The position numbers were made by a program, and so were the translations under genes. A stretch of DNA of 64,000 nucleotides from Tubiluchus corallicola. Lineage: Eukaryota; Animalia; Priapulida. The notes beneath the pieces are model-generated. The model ran no database searches, was not told where the DNA came from, and saw only the letters and a program-made list of their open reading frames with translations. The stretch covers positions 310,001-374,000 of the forward strand of contig JAQGDQ010000115.1 of assembly GCA_030141605.1 (NCBI GenBank), given 5' to 3'. Shown one piece after another: positions 36,101-48,743 of the stretch (position 1 is its first letter; every line of letters starts with the position of its first letter).

Positions 36101-39100
36101 ATACACAATTCTGTTAATAACCAGAGTTGGCTGCACCGTTCTCTTAATGTCCTCCATCACAGCATTCCTGAAATAAGGTATAATCAAATTTTATTTTCCT
36201 TAGAATTTTTTTTAAAGAACTGTGCAAGTCAAATCAAACTTGCTCAATGATTACGGCAATTAAAAAAGCACAAGAAACTCCAACTCATGATCATTGGATT
36301 ACAAGTCTTATCCTTTACTGAGTGTGCTGAGCATGGAAAGATTCGGCAGTTTTAGTTAAATTCAATGCTTGAGAAATGAGAGTTAAAATTACACAATGGC
36401 GTAACAAAAGTGCATAACCGTTTTTTCAGCCCATTTTGCCTCAAACTTTGCTAATTCAATCAAATACATTTTTGTCATTTGATTAGTACTCGTCATAAGA
36501 TATTACGACATTTTTATGACCAAGCTTCAAAAAGTTCTTATGATTACACACTCGCATGCAATTTTTATGGCACATGTCACATATTTCATTTGCAATTTGT
36601 AATCAGAAGTACTAATACTAGCTAACTAAACACGCGCTGCAACCTACACTTAACATTATTTGTTACTGCAACGAGGTTGTTGCCTTCGTATGAGCTGCTC
36701 AGTCACCTGTACCTGTACCTGTACCTGCTGGGCTTCCCATATATGCTAGTGAAGATTGCTAGTGCATTTCACTAGCCAATCAGGTAAGTTCAGCAGGTGC
36801 ATGTGACTTGAGTTGGGATTAAACTTAAATCAAGTTACAATAGTAAATAATTTCAAGTGTAGGTGGTAGCACATGCTTAATTTCCTGATATTAGTACTTT
36901 TGAATAGAAATTGCAAATGAAAATGTGTGACTTTATATCACTCCGGGATTTTAGTCTTTCATAATGCAATACCTAGCGATCCATTCCAAGTACAACTAAC
37001 CAGCTTAGTACCTTATAGAAACGTTTCACACTATTAGGCACAATATCATTTTCTTAAGGTGCATCACCACATTACCTCTTAACTTCATCGTTTGTCGGCT
37101 GCAACGGCTCCCTTATTGATTCTTGATCTGCCCAAGGACACAGGTCTGCAAACGGGACTTTTCTTCTGTGTATCATAGAAATGGTTTTCTTTGCAGCCTC
37201 CATGTAAACACTCCTAAACTTGTTACTTGTCATTGTACGAGAATTATCACAGTAGTGGGGATTGATCGCCTTTGGACCACCATAATCTTTCAGACGATCA
37301 TCTGCAACCTTAGACACTGATGATATTTGAGAAGACGACGCAATTTCGTCTCGAACGTTTGATTTTAAGCAGTTCTTTCTAGTGACGGAATGTACTGAAT
37401 CGGATGAGCTTGCTAACTTGCTCTGAGTGGAGTGGAATGTCGAATCACTATCGGAGCCTGATCCACAACTTGTGCAATCATCCACATCGAAAGGCAAATT
37501 CATACCGTTGACAATAATGCTGTTGACCATATTTTCAGGTGCAGAGGTGATTCCGGTGCCATTCTTGCAATCGCATTCATTTTTGTCACGTTGTTCTGTA
37601 TCCACAGCAGAGATTTCGAGTTCTTTCAGCTTCGACGTGGGTACAAACGTATCAAATGACCAGTCTTGGGCAAAAAGACTGTCAGTAAAGGCATAATGTA
37701 CCCGAGAAAGTCTACTGTCTGTCAGCTGAGCTGCATACAGTTCAGGAAAAAATTCTTCTACTCTGCTCACGTCTAAGCTGTATAAACCAGCACAACAAGA
37801 CACATTCAGATGACCGAAAGTTACTTCACATCGATCACTATCCTATACAAACAATAATACAGTATTTAATTTTGTAAGTACTTAATCTGGCATGAAGTTT
37901 TAGGATTTCTTAACCTTTTGCAATCTAATTTAATGCAAAATTTTATATGAAATTTGACTCTGCAGTGCAAATTTATTCATAGTTATTGAGTTAACCCTTA
38001 TTTTTGATGTAGAAAGGCATACAGGAATACATACACAATAAGTACATTCAATCAAGCATGTGCTCTAATTCTAGATAAGCCTGTTATACCAAAACTATAA
38101 AATGGTATTTCAGCAGTAAAAACAATATGGAAATGAGCTGAGTCGGGCATTCATCACTAACGTACACTGCCTAACTTACTTTGTTTATATTTTAAAGGAA
38201 CTCTAGCCTGTAGCTGTTTCAATAATAATTGTCACAGATGTGACACTATTGCTACAAGCAATAGTACATCATGCACATTGTGGTAACATCTACAGAATTT
38301 GACAGTATTGACAAAAACAGAAAGCATTATAACCTGATGTCCCCCAGTTTTGTTAGTAACATCTGATTTTACACTTTCAGTAAATGTCAACAGAGAATTG
38401 TCTAAAATTTGCATATTCAATAATTTAAGAAGATTGCTGATTTGACTGTATGTGTTTCTTTCCACATTAAACCCTAATTTCAGTTCAAGTCACAGCCGGT
38501 TCGTATCCACGAAACTACCACATTTACAATAAGTAATTAAATGCTTCTGCAAACAAAAATGAAAGGAACTTGTATTTAGCTTACCACAATTGAGTTAGTT
38601 CCAAGTTGTTTGAAAGGGGCATTATTTGTTGACACTTCACTAACTTCTGAGACAAAACTGGCAGCTGTAAATGAGACCAATTAGTCTTAAGCAATAACAA
38701 TTTGATTTTATCAATAATTAACTTCAGTTAGGAATAATTAATCAGCTAATTTGGACATGTATCAAAACCCAGGGGAAGAAATTAAACTTTAAATACAAGC
38801 ATTGACAAAATACAATGGAAATAATAAAATTCTCCTTAGCCAAGCTTTTAACCTGTAGCTGTTTGTTTATTAACTTGATGTGGGCCGAGAAATTAAATTA
38901 CCTGATGTGGGCCGAGAAATAAATTTTTATTGTTTTTCTATCAATTTAAACAAATGATGATAAGAAATTTTGTTTAATTACAAAAAAACTGGAAAAGTGA
39001 AATCAGCTAATTCTCCAATTTCTAATTCTCCAAATCTCTAATTCTCTAACATTTCAAGCAAAGTGCTAATTAAGATGAATGATCATCCAGTGTCAAGTGC

Positions 39101-42100
39101 TTATTTAACAACAATTTACTAAAAGCATGCTTAGTAACAAAAGTCACAAGGGGGGTTTTTGTAAGTTATAATGCTTTAAACAAATGCTCTCTTTTACAAC
39201 ACTTTATGTGCAAACTCACTCTCTTTATAGTAACTGCAACAGGAGTCATGCTCTATCTGGGGCAACGCGATGTCGTACACATTCCCGGTGGTGAGGTGAG
39301 GCAGAGGTTCACTGGGGAAGCACTTCTTCAACACGATGCTAGTCAGTGCTGCCAGCTCACCAGCTTCGGCCTGCATCTCTTCCACACAACACTTGTAGAG
39401 CAGCTGGACGGCACCGGCTTCCGTTAGTGCTTGCTTTCCTGCTTCTGTAAACAAACACGGCTTGTAAAAGAGCGGCTGATTAAACAGCGGGAAATCCGCT
39501 GGCGAGTGGCTGCAGTAAGCTAATTAACACATGCTGCTGGAACACGTACAGGGATCTAATTTCCTCTCAAATCTGTTAGTACAATGTTTTGATTATTAAC
39601 ACACCATTAACAAAATTTCAGTGTTGTGCATATTAAAGATAAGCCTACTCTTTTTACCATCCATTTTACATAATTTCTTTCATTTATTCCTTTCAAGACT
39701 TGAAAAAATTAAAATCAATTTGTTTATCCATATAATTCTTATTCTTATTTCATCTAATAATTTAATAGTGCTTTTGTTTGATAATTTATGTATTCAATCC
39801 TTTTTATGTACACTTTGACTATGTACACTTATTCAGCACTTAACACAGTGTCTACTAAAAACTAATAGTTGTAGCAGGGCTGGAACCTTCTTCAGCACCG
39901 AAAATAATTTCCCGAAATGAGATCCCGAAGTGACAGAGGTGTGTGGACATCTTAAGTTGTACACACATCCTACTTTAATGAAGTAAATAGGTAGAAGCAG
40001 TATAAACTAACAAAACTGATAAACGAAATCAAAGAAGCTGTTTTCCAGGCAATCACCCATCCATACACTAATCAAAGTTGGCGTTGCCTAAGTTTGCAGT
40101 CAAGCATGTACAGCAGCTTCTCTTGGCACACACCTTAGCTGCTCTTGCAACTATTTTAGGCACAAATGTATTTGTTTAGTCATTCATTTATCCATTTCTT
40201 CACTCATACGTTTGTTTGCAATTTCCATCATTCTTTCATTCATCTTTTATTTATTTGTTCACCCGATTATTCATCCACTCTTTATTCCTATTAAGTCACT
40301 CATTTGTTATTTGTATATTTATATGTTAGTTTGATCATTCATATGCCAGTGGATAAATAAATAAATTTATTTATTTTTCTTTCTCCATCATTCACTCTTT
40401 CATTCATTCATCAGACTGCATTTTACGTACATCTTGCATAAAAACTAAATTTCAAATTTTGTACTTTGAACTAAATATAGACAATTACTCAAGCTAATTC
40501 AGTAACAACTGTATGTTTAAAATAAACAGTACAGAAATAGACTCTATTCTAAAATAGAATGATATAAAATTTTCCCGAAGAGACTAATATGACAAAGACT
40601 CTAGACAAGCTTAAAAGGCTCTTAACTTTGACGCACTGTGCTTTATTTAGAATTACATTAATTAGATTAACATTCTTTCAAATAAACAAAGTCCCTAGAC
40701 CCTTACTCCTTCACCATTTCAATACGCTCGCATTTCCATGTAAACAGGCAAACAGGTAATTAAGCCATTTATACTCACTAGTCATCGCAAAGTTCTTGAT
40801 TATGGTAAGCAAGGTTTTTTGTTCTTTGATGTGGCGACGTTTTCCGCCTACATGTTTGTGCCAATCCAAAAACATGCTCAGCATCTTTCTTGCACAGTCC
40901 TCTTGAATTGCCTGACTCAGATTTTTTTCTGAAAATTGAAGCAACTTTAAATGTTTAATAAAGTAAAAAAAAAATCGATAGTTTTCATGCCAATACACCA
41001 TAAATGTCATTATGAACCAGTAAGAAAGACACTTTTACTTACTAGACTTCAGAAGAATGACCAGCACGTCAAGTGTCGCTTGGTTGAGCCCAGTATGCTT
41101 CTTGTGTGTATGTTGTAACATCGTAAATAAAATATTAATGGCTCCCTGTTTGCCCAGCGATATCACATTCACATCTGTCAAAAATCATTTCATACGTATT
41201 CAGCACATGCTTGACATGTTTAATACTTACCGACATAGCCATTACTGAATTTTCATGATATATAGAAAAGAAATGTCGTCTATATTATTGAACAAAAAAG
41301 AAAATATTGTTTTCCGTGCAATGACGTCTTGAACTAAAAACCTATAAGTCTTTTTTAGGTTTTGAAGGAATATTACCATAAATTTAACACCGAATAATGG
41401 ACAACCCTTATTTTTAATTGTTTAAATTTGAACACAGATATCTTTAACTTTAACATCAACCCTTCAAAGGAGACAATAATAAGGTGAATGACAATCATGT
41501 GGCATGTATGTACAAATTTATTTACTTTTAACTCCTTGTCAGTTATCATAATAATTGTAAAAAAGCTAACTGCCAGGTACATACTGCTTGAGCAAAATAA
41601 CTTCAATGCTTTGAGTAATGGCAGCAGAAACTTGTGATTTTTCATATGAATTTGTAGCAGTGACATAGTAACAGGCAGAACTCCATGTAGTCTAGCCTTC
41701 ACCCCCATTTTCTTGTCTGCAAATTAGCAAAATTCAATAAGTGAACATTATTCAACAATTCCGGTAGGCAGGAACTTCAGACACATTTTATAAGTTACTT
41801 CTATGGGATGTAATAGTAATACTGTAACAGGCTTAGGCTTTAAGCGCTAAACGCACTAGAAAATTGCCATAGAACAGGCGGAACCTTTAAAGCAAATGCT
41901 TGACTAACAGATGTCCTAAAGGAAAATCGATATAATATTAAGTTATAGCTCAAAACAATCTTATTGCTTTTTCAATAATAACTTATGTGAAAGAATTATT
42001 ACCACAGAAATATGATTTGACCTACGAGCATCTATTACTTCACTGTAACATGCATGTTGCCATTCGCAAGTGAGATGAGCACTAGTGACTGTATCTTAGA

Positions 42101-45100
42101 AATGTGTTGCACAAAAAACAGGCGTTGTGCCTCTTAGTTCTGATGTTGCTTGATTGTGATATAGTGCACAAATTCGAGAGCTCATGCATGAGCACAGCAG
42201 TAAACTTAAAATTTGCAGTTTTATGTATGGCACTGAATATTGTACAGTAGCACCGTACTTCAATTTTCGTTTTCGCGAACACGCTCTGGAATGTTTGTGC
42301 TGCTAAAAAATATGTTCATTTGTGACATCATCACTAGCTGAGCTCCCCAGCTGTTAATTAAGTTTTTAACTAATTATTTAATCGTCAGAAATGCTTTGGC
42401 ATTATTGTAGCTGTTAAAATGTATACTTTTTACCATACTTCAAAACGGAGTAGGATATGATAAATCATCCTGTCACTCAGTACATCTAAAACAACAAAGT
42501 ACAACCTAGCTTTGAATAACAGAATGTAATTTTTGCAATGTTTTGAAGCAAGAGGATTAGCTAAGTGATAAAGCACTATCAAGCCTAGTCAGTAAATGGA
42601 TAGGTGACAGACAAAAAACTGTTGCGGTGGAGTTTTAGTACTACACTGCTCTTAGTTCATTAATTACTTGAAGAAGCATGTATACGCATCCAAATGTTTC
42701 TAAAACACGTCTGATGGTTCAATGTCTCATTGTTATGACTATGTTTGGTAATAAGCAAAGTTTCAGTCCTGCCACAAAAACTTATACTATGACATTGTCT
42801 GCTGGATATAGGCATGGAGGGGATACCAAACAGCAAAAGAATCGAAGAATAGAAGCTGTATTTACCGACTATGCCGATCTTTATCAGAAGCAAATAAATA
42901 GATGATATGAGCTTTTGATCATTTGAGTGGACATCATGGACTAGAAACACAAGTGTAGTCATCAATACTGTTGTCAATCCTCTAAGAGAAGCTTTGCTAG
43001 CTGCACCTCCAATTTCTAGCAAAAAGTATTTACCAAGTAATGTAATAACATAGGCAATACATAAAAACTAAACAGAAACAATCAAATGAAGATAAAAAGT
43101 CAGTGAAGAACAAAACTGATTTAGTCTATCTTTGTGTACGTTTATGAACAAATGTTGGTTAGTTATAACAAATATATCAAAGGTAGGGCTGTTAGAAGGC
43201 CAAAGAAACAGTCATCTCCTTTCTGCAACACTAAGTTTTTGCAACAGTCCACCTGGTACTAAGATCAGGAACTACATACATGCTGTTAAAGCAGCTCTTC
43301 TGCTGTATAACAGACAGCTTTCTTACAGTGAACAATGAATTAATGAGCGAAGTTCTGCCATGTTAGACTTATAGATATAAGTGTATTATTTTTATATTAC
43401 ATTTGCGAGGTTAAAAACATTAGAAAACATGAAAGGACAGAAGGCTATAACCAAGCAAGGACTGACCGTGATACCTGGAAATCTGGTTCCTAGTTTAGTA
43501 ACACCAGTGACCTTGGTTCATGGTAGTTTATGGGAAAAGTTACTCATCACTAACAATTTATATTACATAAACTGTTACAAAAGCTGCAGCACTGACTGGG
43601 TGGTGGGTGACTGTTTTAGCATTCCACGGCTAATGCTTGCCTGTTAGAAACCGAAAATATTCAAGACTATATACCACGTTTTGTATGAGGTAAGCTTATT
43701 TGATACTATCAACTGTTAGAAATCTGCAGTTGTTTACACGTTAAAGAACTGACCAACAGACTTTTGCCAAATTTGTCAGGAGGTCAAGTTTTGACCATTT
43801 TCTTTAAGGCAAATGAATAATTTTTTTAAAGCAAACAATAACACCAGAATGTCTAGTGCTTCTTATACTCCTACCTATACTACCTTACTCCAGTGCTACC
43901 TATATAACTCCGCATGATAGAAGAAAATAAAAGAGAATGAATACGTTACTTGGTTGAACACACAGCATATGATACAAGATTCCAACGACATTTTCAATAA
44001 TGTTTGTCTCTTTTGAATTCTGGAAAAACGAAGAATAAACAACTGATAGCAAGTAAGTTTTTCGTACAACTTGTTACTTAAGTACTTGATACTCAATAAC
44101 GTCCGATCATTTAAATAATTAATAAAGCAGCATGCCATGAACAAACATATATCTATGATTTACAATTCTGAAAATCAATACGTACAGCAATTTGCTAATT
44201 AATAGAAGAGAAGTCGTATTAAGTGTATGAAATTCAACTGTCAAATTAGTTGAAATGAATATTCAATCAAACTTTGTTTCAAATTTCTGTCACCACAAAA
44301 GAAGCAAAACTGAAGAACAAGAAATAGTTGCAAAACCAGAAAGAAAACAAATCTGGCGTGTTTGTTTGTGTTAGGCACGTTACACGCAAAAGTTTGTTGT
44401 TTCAACAGCATACTTTCTGGTCAGCACTAGCTATTTACAAACACAATGTGTAATAATAAACTTTTGTGGGCAGTCGGTCTGAAAAACTATTGGGGTCAAA
44501 CAAGAGACTCTCATTCTTACCTCTAAAACACAACCAAGAACGTCCAAATTTCCTGAGTATAATGTGATCAAGTGCTTCGTAATCTTAGCTGAAATTAATG
44601 AAAACCTATCATCAGCAGTTTCAAGGTCAATAGTAAACCAGGCTTCAATTAATTCTATTTGCAAACTCGTATCATGTCTGGATTTGAGCATATAATTATG
44701 CATCCTTCATCACCAAGCTAAATAGCCAGAGGAGCATGACAGGCAGCACTGATTAGAAATAGCTTTCCTAGTAGCCATCCATCCATTTAGTGATCAGACT
44801 TGGCGTTGACCAACTTTAGTTGCTAACCAATCAGCTACTTTAGTTGTGCATCTATCAACTACATGTTCTAAAACTAGCTAACCTATGCTTCACTGAAAGG
44901 CATAACTTGCTGCAATACCTTAAAGTGCACTTGAGTGGTAAAAATACAGACAAACACAAACAGGCACACACAGGCAGATAAACAAACAAACAAACTGTTA
45001 TAAACAGACAAACAGATGAATAGCAAACAGGTAAATTTGTAGATAGACAACCAGACAACAGCGATGGATAACAACAATATAGGGGTGACTATTTTAATCT

Positions 45101-48100
45101 GTTACAAAATAATAGGTAGACACACAGTCGATCTAGATGGCTCTACTTGGTGTAATTATATATTAAAATTAACATTAAATACTAACAGCTCTCTGCTAAG
45201 AAGAGGTGCTTTCAAGTTCTATCAAGGGTTTTATGGAGGGTTGCAAGTAATTTATGGAGCTCTCCTACACGGCATCAGCTAAGATTTTTGCCACATGTTT
45301 TTGGTTAGAACAGCTTTAAGGTGCTGATAAAAATATAGATCAATCATTTATTGCAGTTTAAAACAAAGCTATTAACCACACACGGTGAGTTTGCAAATGC
45401 TCTGTTTTGCGATCTGTTAAAGTGAAACCTCTGATGTATATTATCCGTAACCGACTGGATGTTTTTTGAATTCTTAAACTGCTTGTTTGTTTCTTTTAAG
45501 CTTACTGCAGACTGATTTACACTATGTCTACCATTCCACATAACCCTGTTAGTGGGAATGTCCAAGGAGTAGGCCTAGAGGAAAATGTATAACAATGAGA
45601 CACAAAAACGTGATCAATTCACGGCAAAATTCAAATAAGGATTAAATGTATGACAGAGTAAGCCAAGCATTCAGAGTATTAAAAAAGTGTGCAGAGTATT
45701 AAAAACAATACCATGAATGTCATGGTTTGAACTTGGCTATGGTAGTTGCACAGTGCTGGGCCTGGTCAGAGAATGGGTAGATGGCCACTGGAAAAAAATT
45801 CTTAGTTGTTTCATCTGTCAAAATGCTTACTGCCTTTTTTGTTGAGAGAACATGTACTAATCTAAGCTTAGTTTAAGACACTAATGCTTATCACTTGGTC
45901 GTTTTAGAAATCTATCATTTATAATGAACAGGGTCACAACATTTCAACAATACTAGTTGGCCCAACTGCTGATTCTATAGTCTCAAGCATTCACTCACTC
46001 AACACGGTCTATTTTAAGCCACTGCTGTTATTTTTACCGTGTGCAAGTACAAACAATGACATCATCTAAATATTTCTCTTAAAAAATTTTATGGTCTCAA
46101 CCGGCTCGTAAATCTCCTCCAGCAAAACTTGCTGAGTATAGCAAAATTATTGGGTTTAGTAAATGGTTTACTGCTCAATAAACTACAAGCCTGGGGTTAA
46201 ATAAAATACGTACCATGTGATATAAGATTTCTAAGCAAGGCTCCGGTCAAGTCGGCAATGAGCACTGCATCCCGTAAGACAGAATTGCTGTTGGCTCTAA
46301 TTAACTCTTGGAAAACAGCTTCCATGCAGCTAAGTAAAGCAAAGAAAGCAAGTAAAACTCCAACAGCTACTTCCGGAAAGATTCAAATCACCTATTTTCA
46401 TTCACCCGGAGGTTCATTAACATGCAACTGCTATTAGTGCTTAGTTCATAGCGCAATATATTAGCAAGTTACGATTTTGAAGACACTCAGAAAAATATAG
46501 TTGCAAGAGGGGTAGGGTACTTTTGCTGCTCAATGCATTTTGTTAGTCCAATTAGCACAGACAATAAGATCTAGGGCAAATTTACAGAACAAAAAAAAAT
46601 AAAATAAAAAGTAGTGAGAGAGTTTAGAAAGTACTACCCTGAGAATATTTTGTTCAGATTTAATAACATTTGTAAAAGCAGCCATGACACCTGCACCAAA
46701 AAGTAAAAAAGCTAAAATCATTAACAGCGATAAAATAAGTGTCATTGTAAGTTTTAACACAATGGTTTTTGCATGCAAACATCATGTGATAAAAACAGAT
46801 GTTTACTCAAATATTATAAGAAATCAAATAAAAATGTGCCACTAAAATTAGATAAACTAAAATGAGTTTGGTAGGTGGACATTTGAAGCATTAGATTTGG
46901 AGACATCTTGGTTTGTAAGTAACTGGCGAAACCTTGGTTTGCTATTATTTATCTAACTTTTAAGTGCATTCAAGAACTTTGGATAGTTCAACAAACTACC
47001 ACTAGGACAAGCACATTCCACAGTCAAGGGCTTAACAACCAATGCTTACTCAAACAAAAAATGTGGCCTTTCCTGAACACCACAAGCACCAAACATCTTT
47101 CCATGCAATAGTGACTGTCAAATAATTGCCAATGCATCAATAAAGCACTTTTATAACATTTTCTTAACAATACTAATAGCTGTTACCAGGATTTTGGCGT
47201 TACAGATTTTTAGACCTATTATCATGAATGGAGCCTAACAGATCACTCCTGTCACATGTCACTGTTATCAACTGTTATAGTAGACACAATCATAAATTTG
47301 TGTTAACTCATAAACAGCGAAGGCTAAAGTCACGAAACTTGCAAGGAAAGTTAGGGGCACGGTAGATACCACAGGTAGAGTGTGAGACATTGGTATGGTT
47401 AACAAAGCTGGGATGTTTAAATGTTTAAAGCCTGAGACAGGAAACAAAATGCGAAAACTTTAGTAAATCTAAAACTATAGTATCTAAAGTCTTTAAACTT
47501 GTACTGTAAACTACACAGTGATCGATAATAATAAAGTCACAGAAAGAAGTCACAATAAATTTTGGCTTTTTTTCAGTGCCTTTTTCCTGTGACTTTTTTC
47601 TGTGACCTTTTCACTCCTGACTTTTTTTACCAGTGGCTTTATTACTTGGATTCGACTAGCACCACACCTGGTGCAGGAGCCCAAATAATGGTATGCTTAA
47701 AAAGCTTAGATTACTTAAAGCCCCGATGTAGGAGCCATGTTGTAAAAATAAGAACAAACTTAAATGGCTCAGTCACACAGAAGCACACCGCACAGGACCA
47801 TTCAAGGCACAGTCAAGTGTTAAACACAGTTGGAATGGATCCACGCTATCTTAGAGATAATCATATTATATGAAGATCACAGTCAGGCTGCTTAAGAACT
47901 TGCCCCATAATGTCAATACAAATCTGTGTGTTAAGTATACTGCCAGCTACAATTGCAGGCAGTTTACCAGCTTTTTTCCTTACACATAATTGCACTGCTG
48001 ACAGATATAGTATAAACTACGAGTATATCGACAGTGCTATCGAGAAGTGATCCTGTTCTAGTATAGAGAAAAATTGATACAATTCCTATTCTTTAGTGTG

Positions 48101-48743
48101 CACAGGTACCAAATTAACCAATTTACACATTTAATGTAGCACACATGTATTCATGTCTATAATACCACAGTTGGTAAATGGTCCTGAACTTGGTGAAAGT
48201 ATTAGAGGTGTTAACATTTGTGAATTATGTGTAAAAACCTGTACCTAATAATGCCATTAACAATGCTCAAAGGAAAAAGTCCATTTAAAAACAGAGAATA
48301 TGCAAGGTGTTGAGTTAAAATGAAAATGCACAAAGTATTATAAAAAATGCTAGCGACCTTGGAAGACTAGAAACTATTAGTAAGCATAAGGCCAATAGCA
48401 CTATAGACGAATTTGCATAAAATACTTGAGGTTGGAATTGTGCAGTTATCCATAAGTTCATTTATCATACAAAAGTGCTCAAAGTCTTTTACAAACAAAC
48501 AAACCTTTTACTTAAATGCCCGACTAACTCCTTTTCTAAAAGAGATAGCTTGAAAGTAAAAAATAACACTTTAAATTCAAATTAAAGTAACACAGAAAGT
48601 TAATTATTTATAAGAATGGCATACTAAGTAAGTGGTCAGTTAATAAAAGGTTAATTACAATTAGTAATGATTAATCCTCAATTAGTTTCCTGCACATACC
48701 TGATTTTAGTCAAATCTTCTCGACTATCATTTGCTCGTTCCAT
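27166..48743 (-). CDS. AGTPBP1: Cytosolic carboxypeptidase 1-like tubulin deglutamylase (M14D family, AGTPBP1/Nna1), about 1187 aa
   Basis: Exons: 48743-48700, 46329-46214, 44588-44521, 44019-43950, 43015-42866, 41716-41585, 41174-41043, 40928-40779, 39444-39220, 38664-38585, 37842-37076, 36167-36027, 35859-35769, 34386-34230, 33186-32933, 32566-32431, 31665-31591, 31270-31162, 30555-30426, 29971-29852, 29493-29317, 27976-27849, 27277-27166. Total 3564 nt with consistent phases. Motifs: armadillo-like N-terminus ([12 protein letters not shown]), [47 protein letters not shown] and SYTMES. The start could extend to ATG 50887. This may be the co-ortholog of vertebrate CCP1 and CCP4. Confidence 0.93.
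31800..31890 (+). mobile_element. 5S-derived SINE copy
   Basis: TGTGTGCTTAGCGACTAAAGTTAAGCAAC is nearly identical to the corresponding part of the 13894-14010 copy. Confidence 0.6.
36576..36931. mobile_element. Palindromic (foldback) MITE-like element in a CCP1 intron
   Basis: The left arm GTCACATATTTCATTTGCAATTTG...AAGTACTAATA...ACCTACACTT is the imperfect reverse complement of the right arm ending ...AAATTGCAAATGAAAATGTGTGAC. The central GCTAGTGAA/TTCACTAGC also pairs. Confidence 0.8.
40040..40150 (-). mobile_element. 5S-derived SINE copy
   Basis: Minus strand reads ...GCAACGCC...ATTAGTGTATGGATGGGTGATTGCCTGGAAAAC, resembling 5S box C (TGGATGGGTGACCGCCTGGGAA). Confidence 0.55.
40180..40415. 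repeat. Degenerate (TTCA/TTTA)n low-complexity repeat
   Basis: Repeated TCAT/TTAT/ATTC tetramers. Confidence 0.6.
44760..44850 (-). mobile_element. 5S-derived SINE copy
   Basis: Minus strand reads TTAGCAACTAAAGTTGGTCAACGCCAAGTCTGATCACTAAATGGATGGATGG, matching the other family copies. Confidence 0.55.
44945..45060. repeat. Degenerate (ACAA/ACAG)n microsatellite
   Basis: Repeated ACAG/ACAA tetramers. Confidence 0.6.

Noticed and set aside
44589-44703. 5' part of ORF 44431-44703 as the CCP1 start
   Set aside because: A good acceptor at 44589 defines a 68-nt exon that links in phase to upstream exons 46329-46214 and 48743-48700. The rest of the ORF is intronic read-through.
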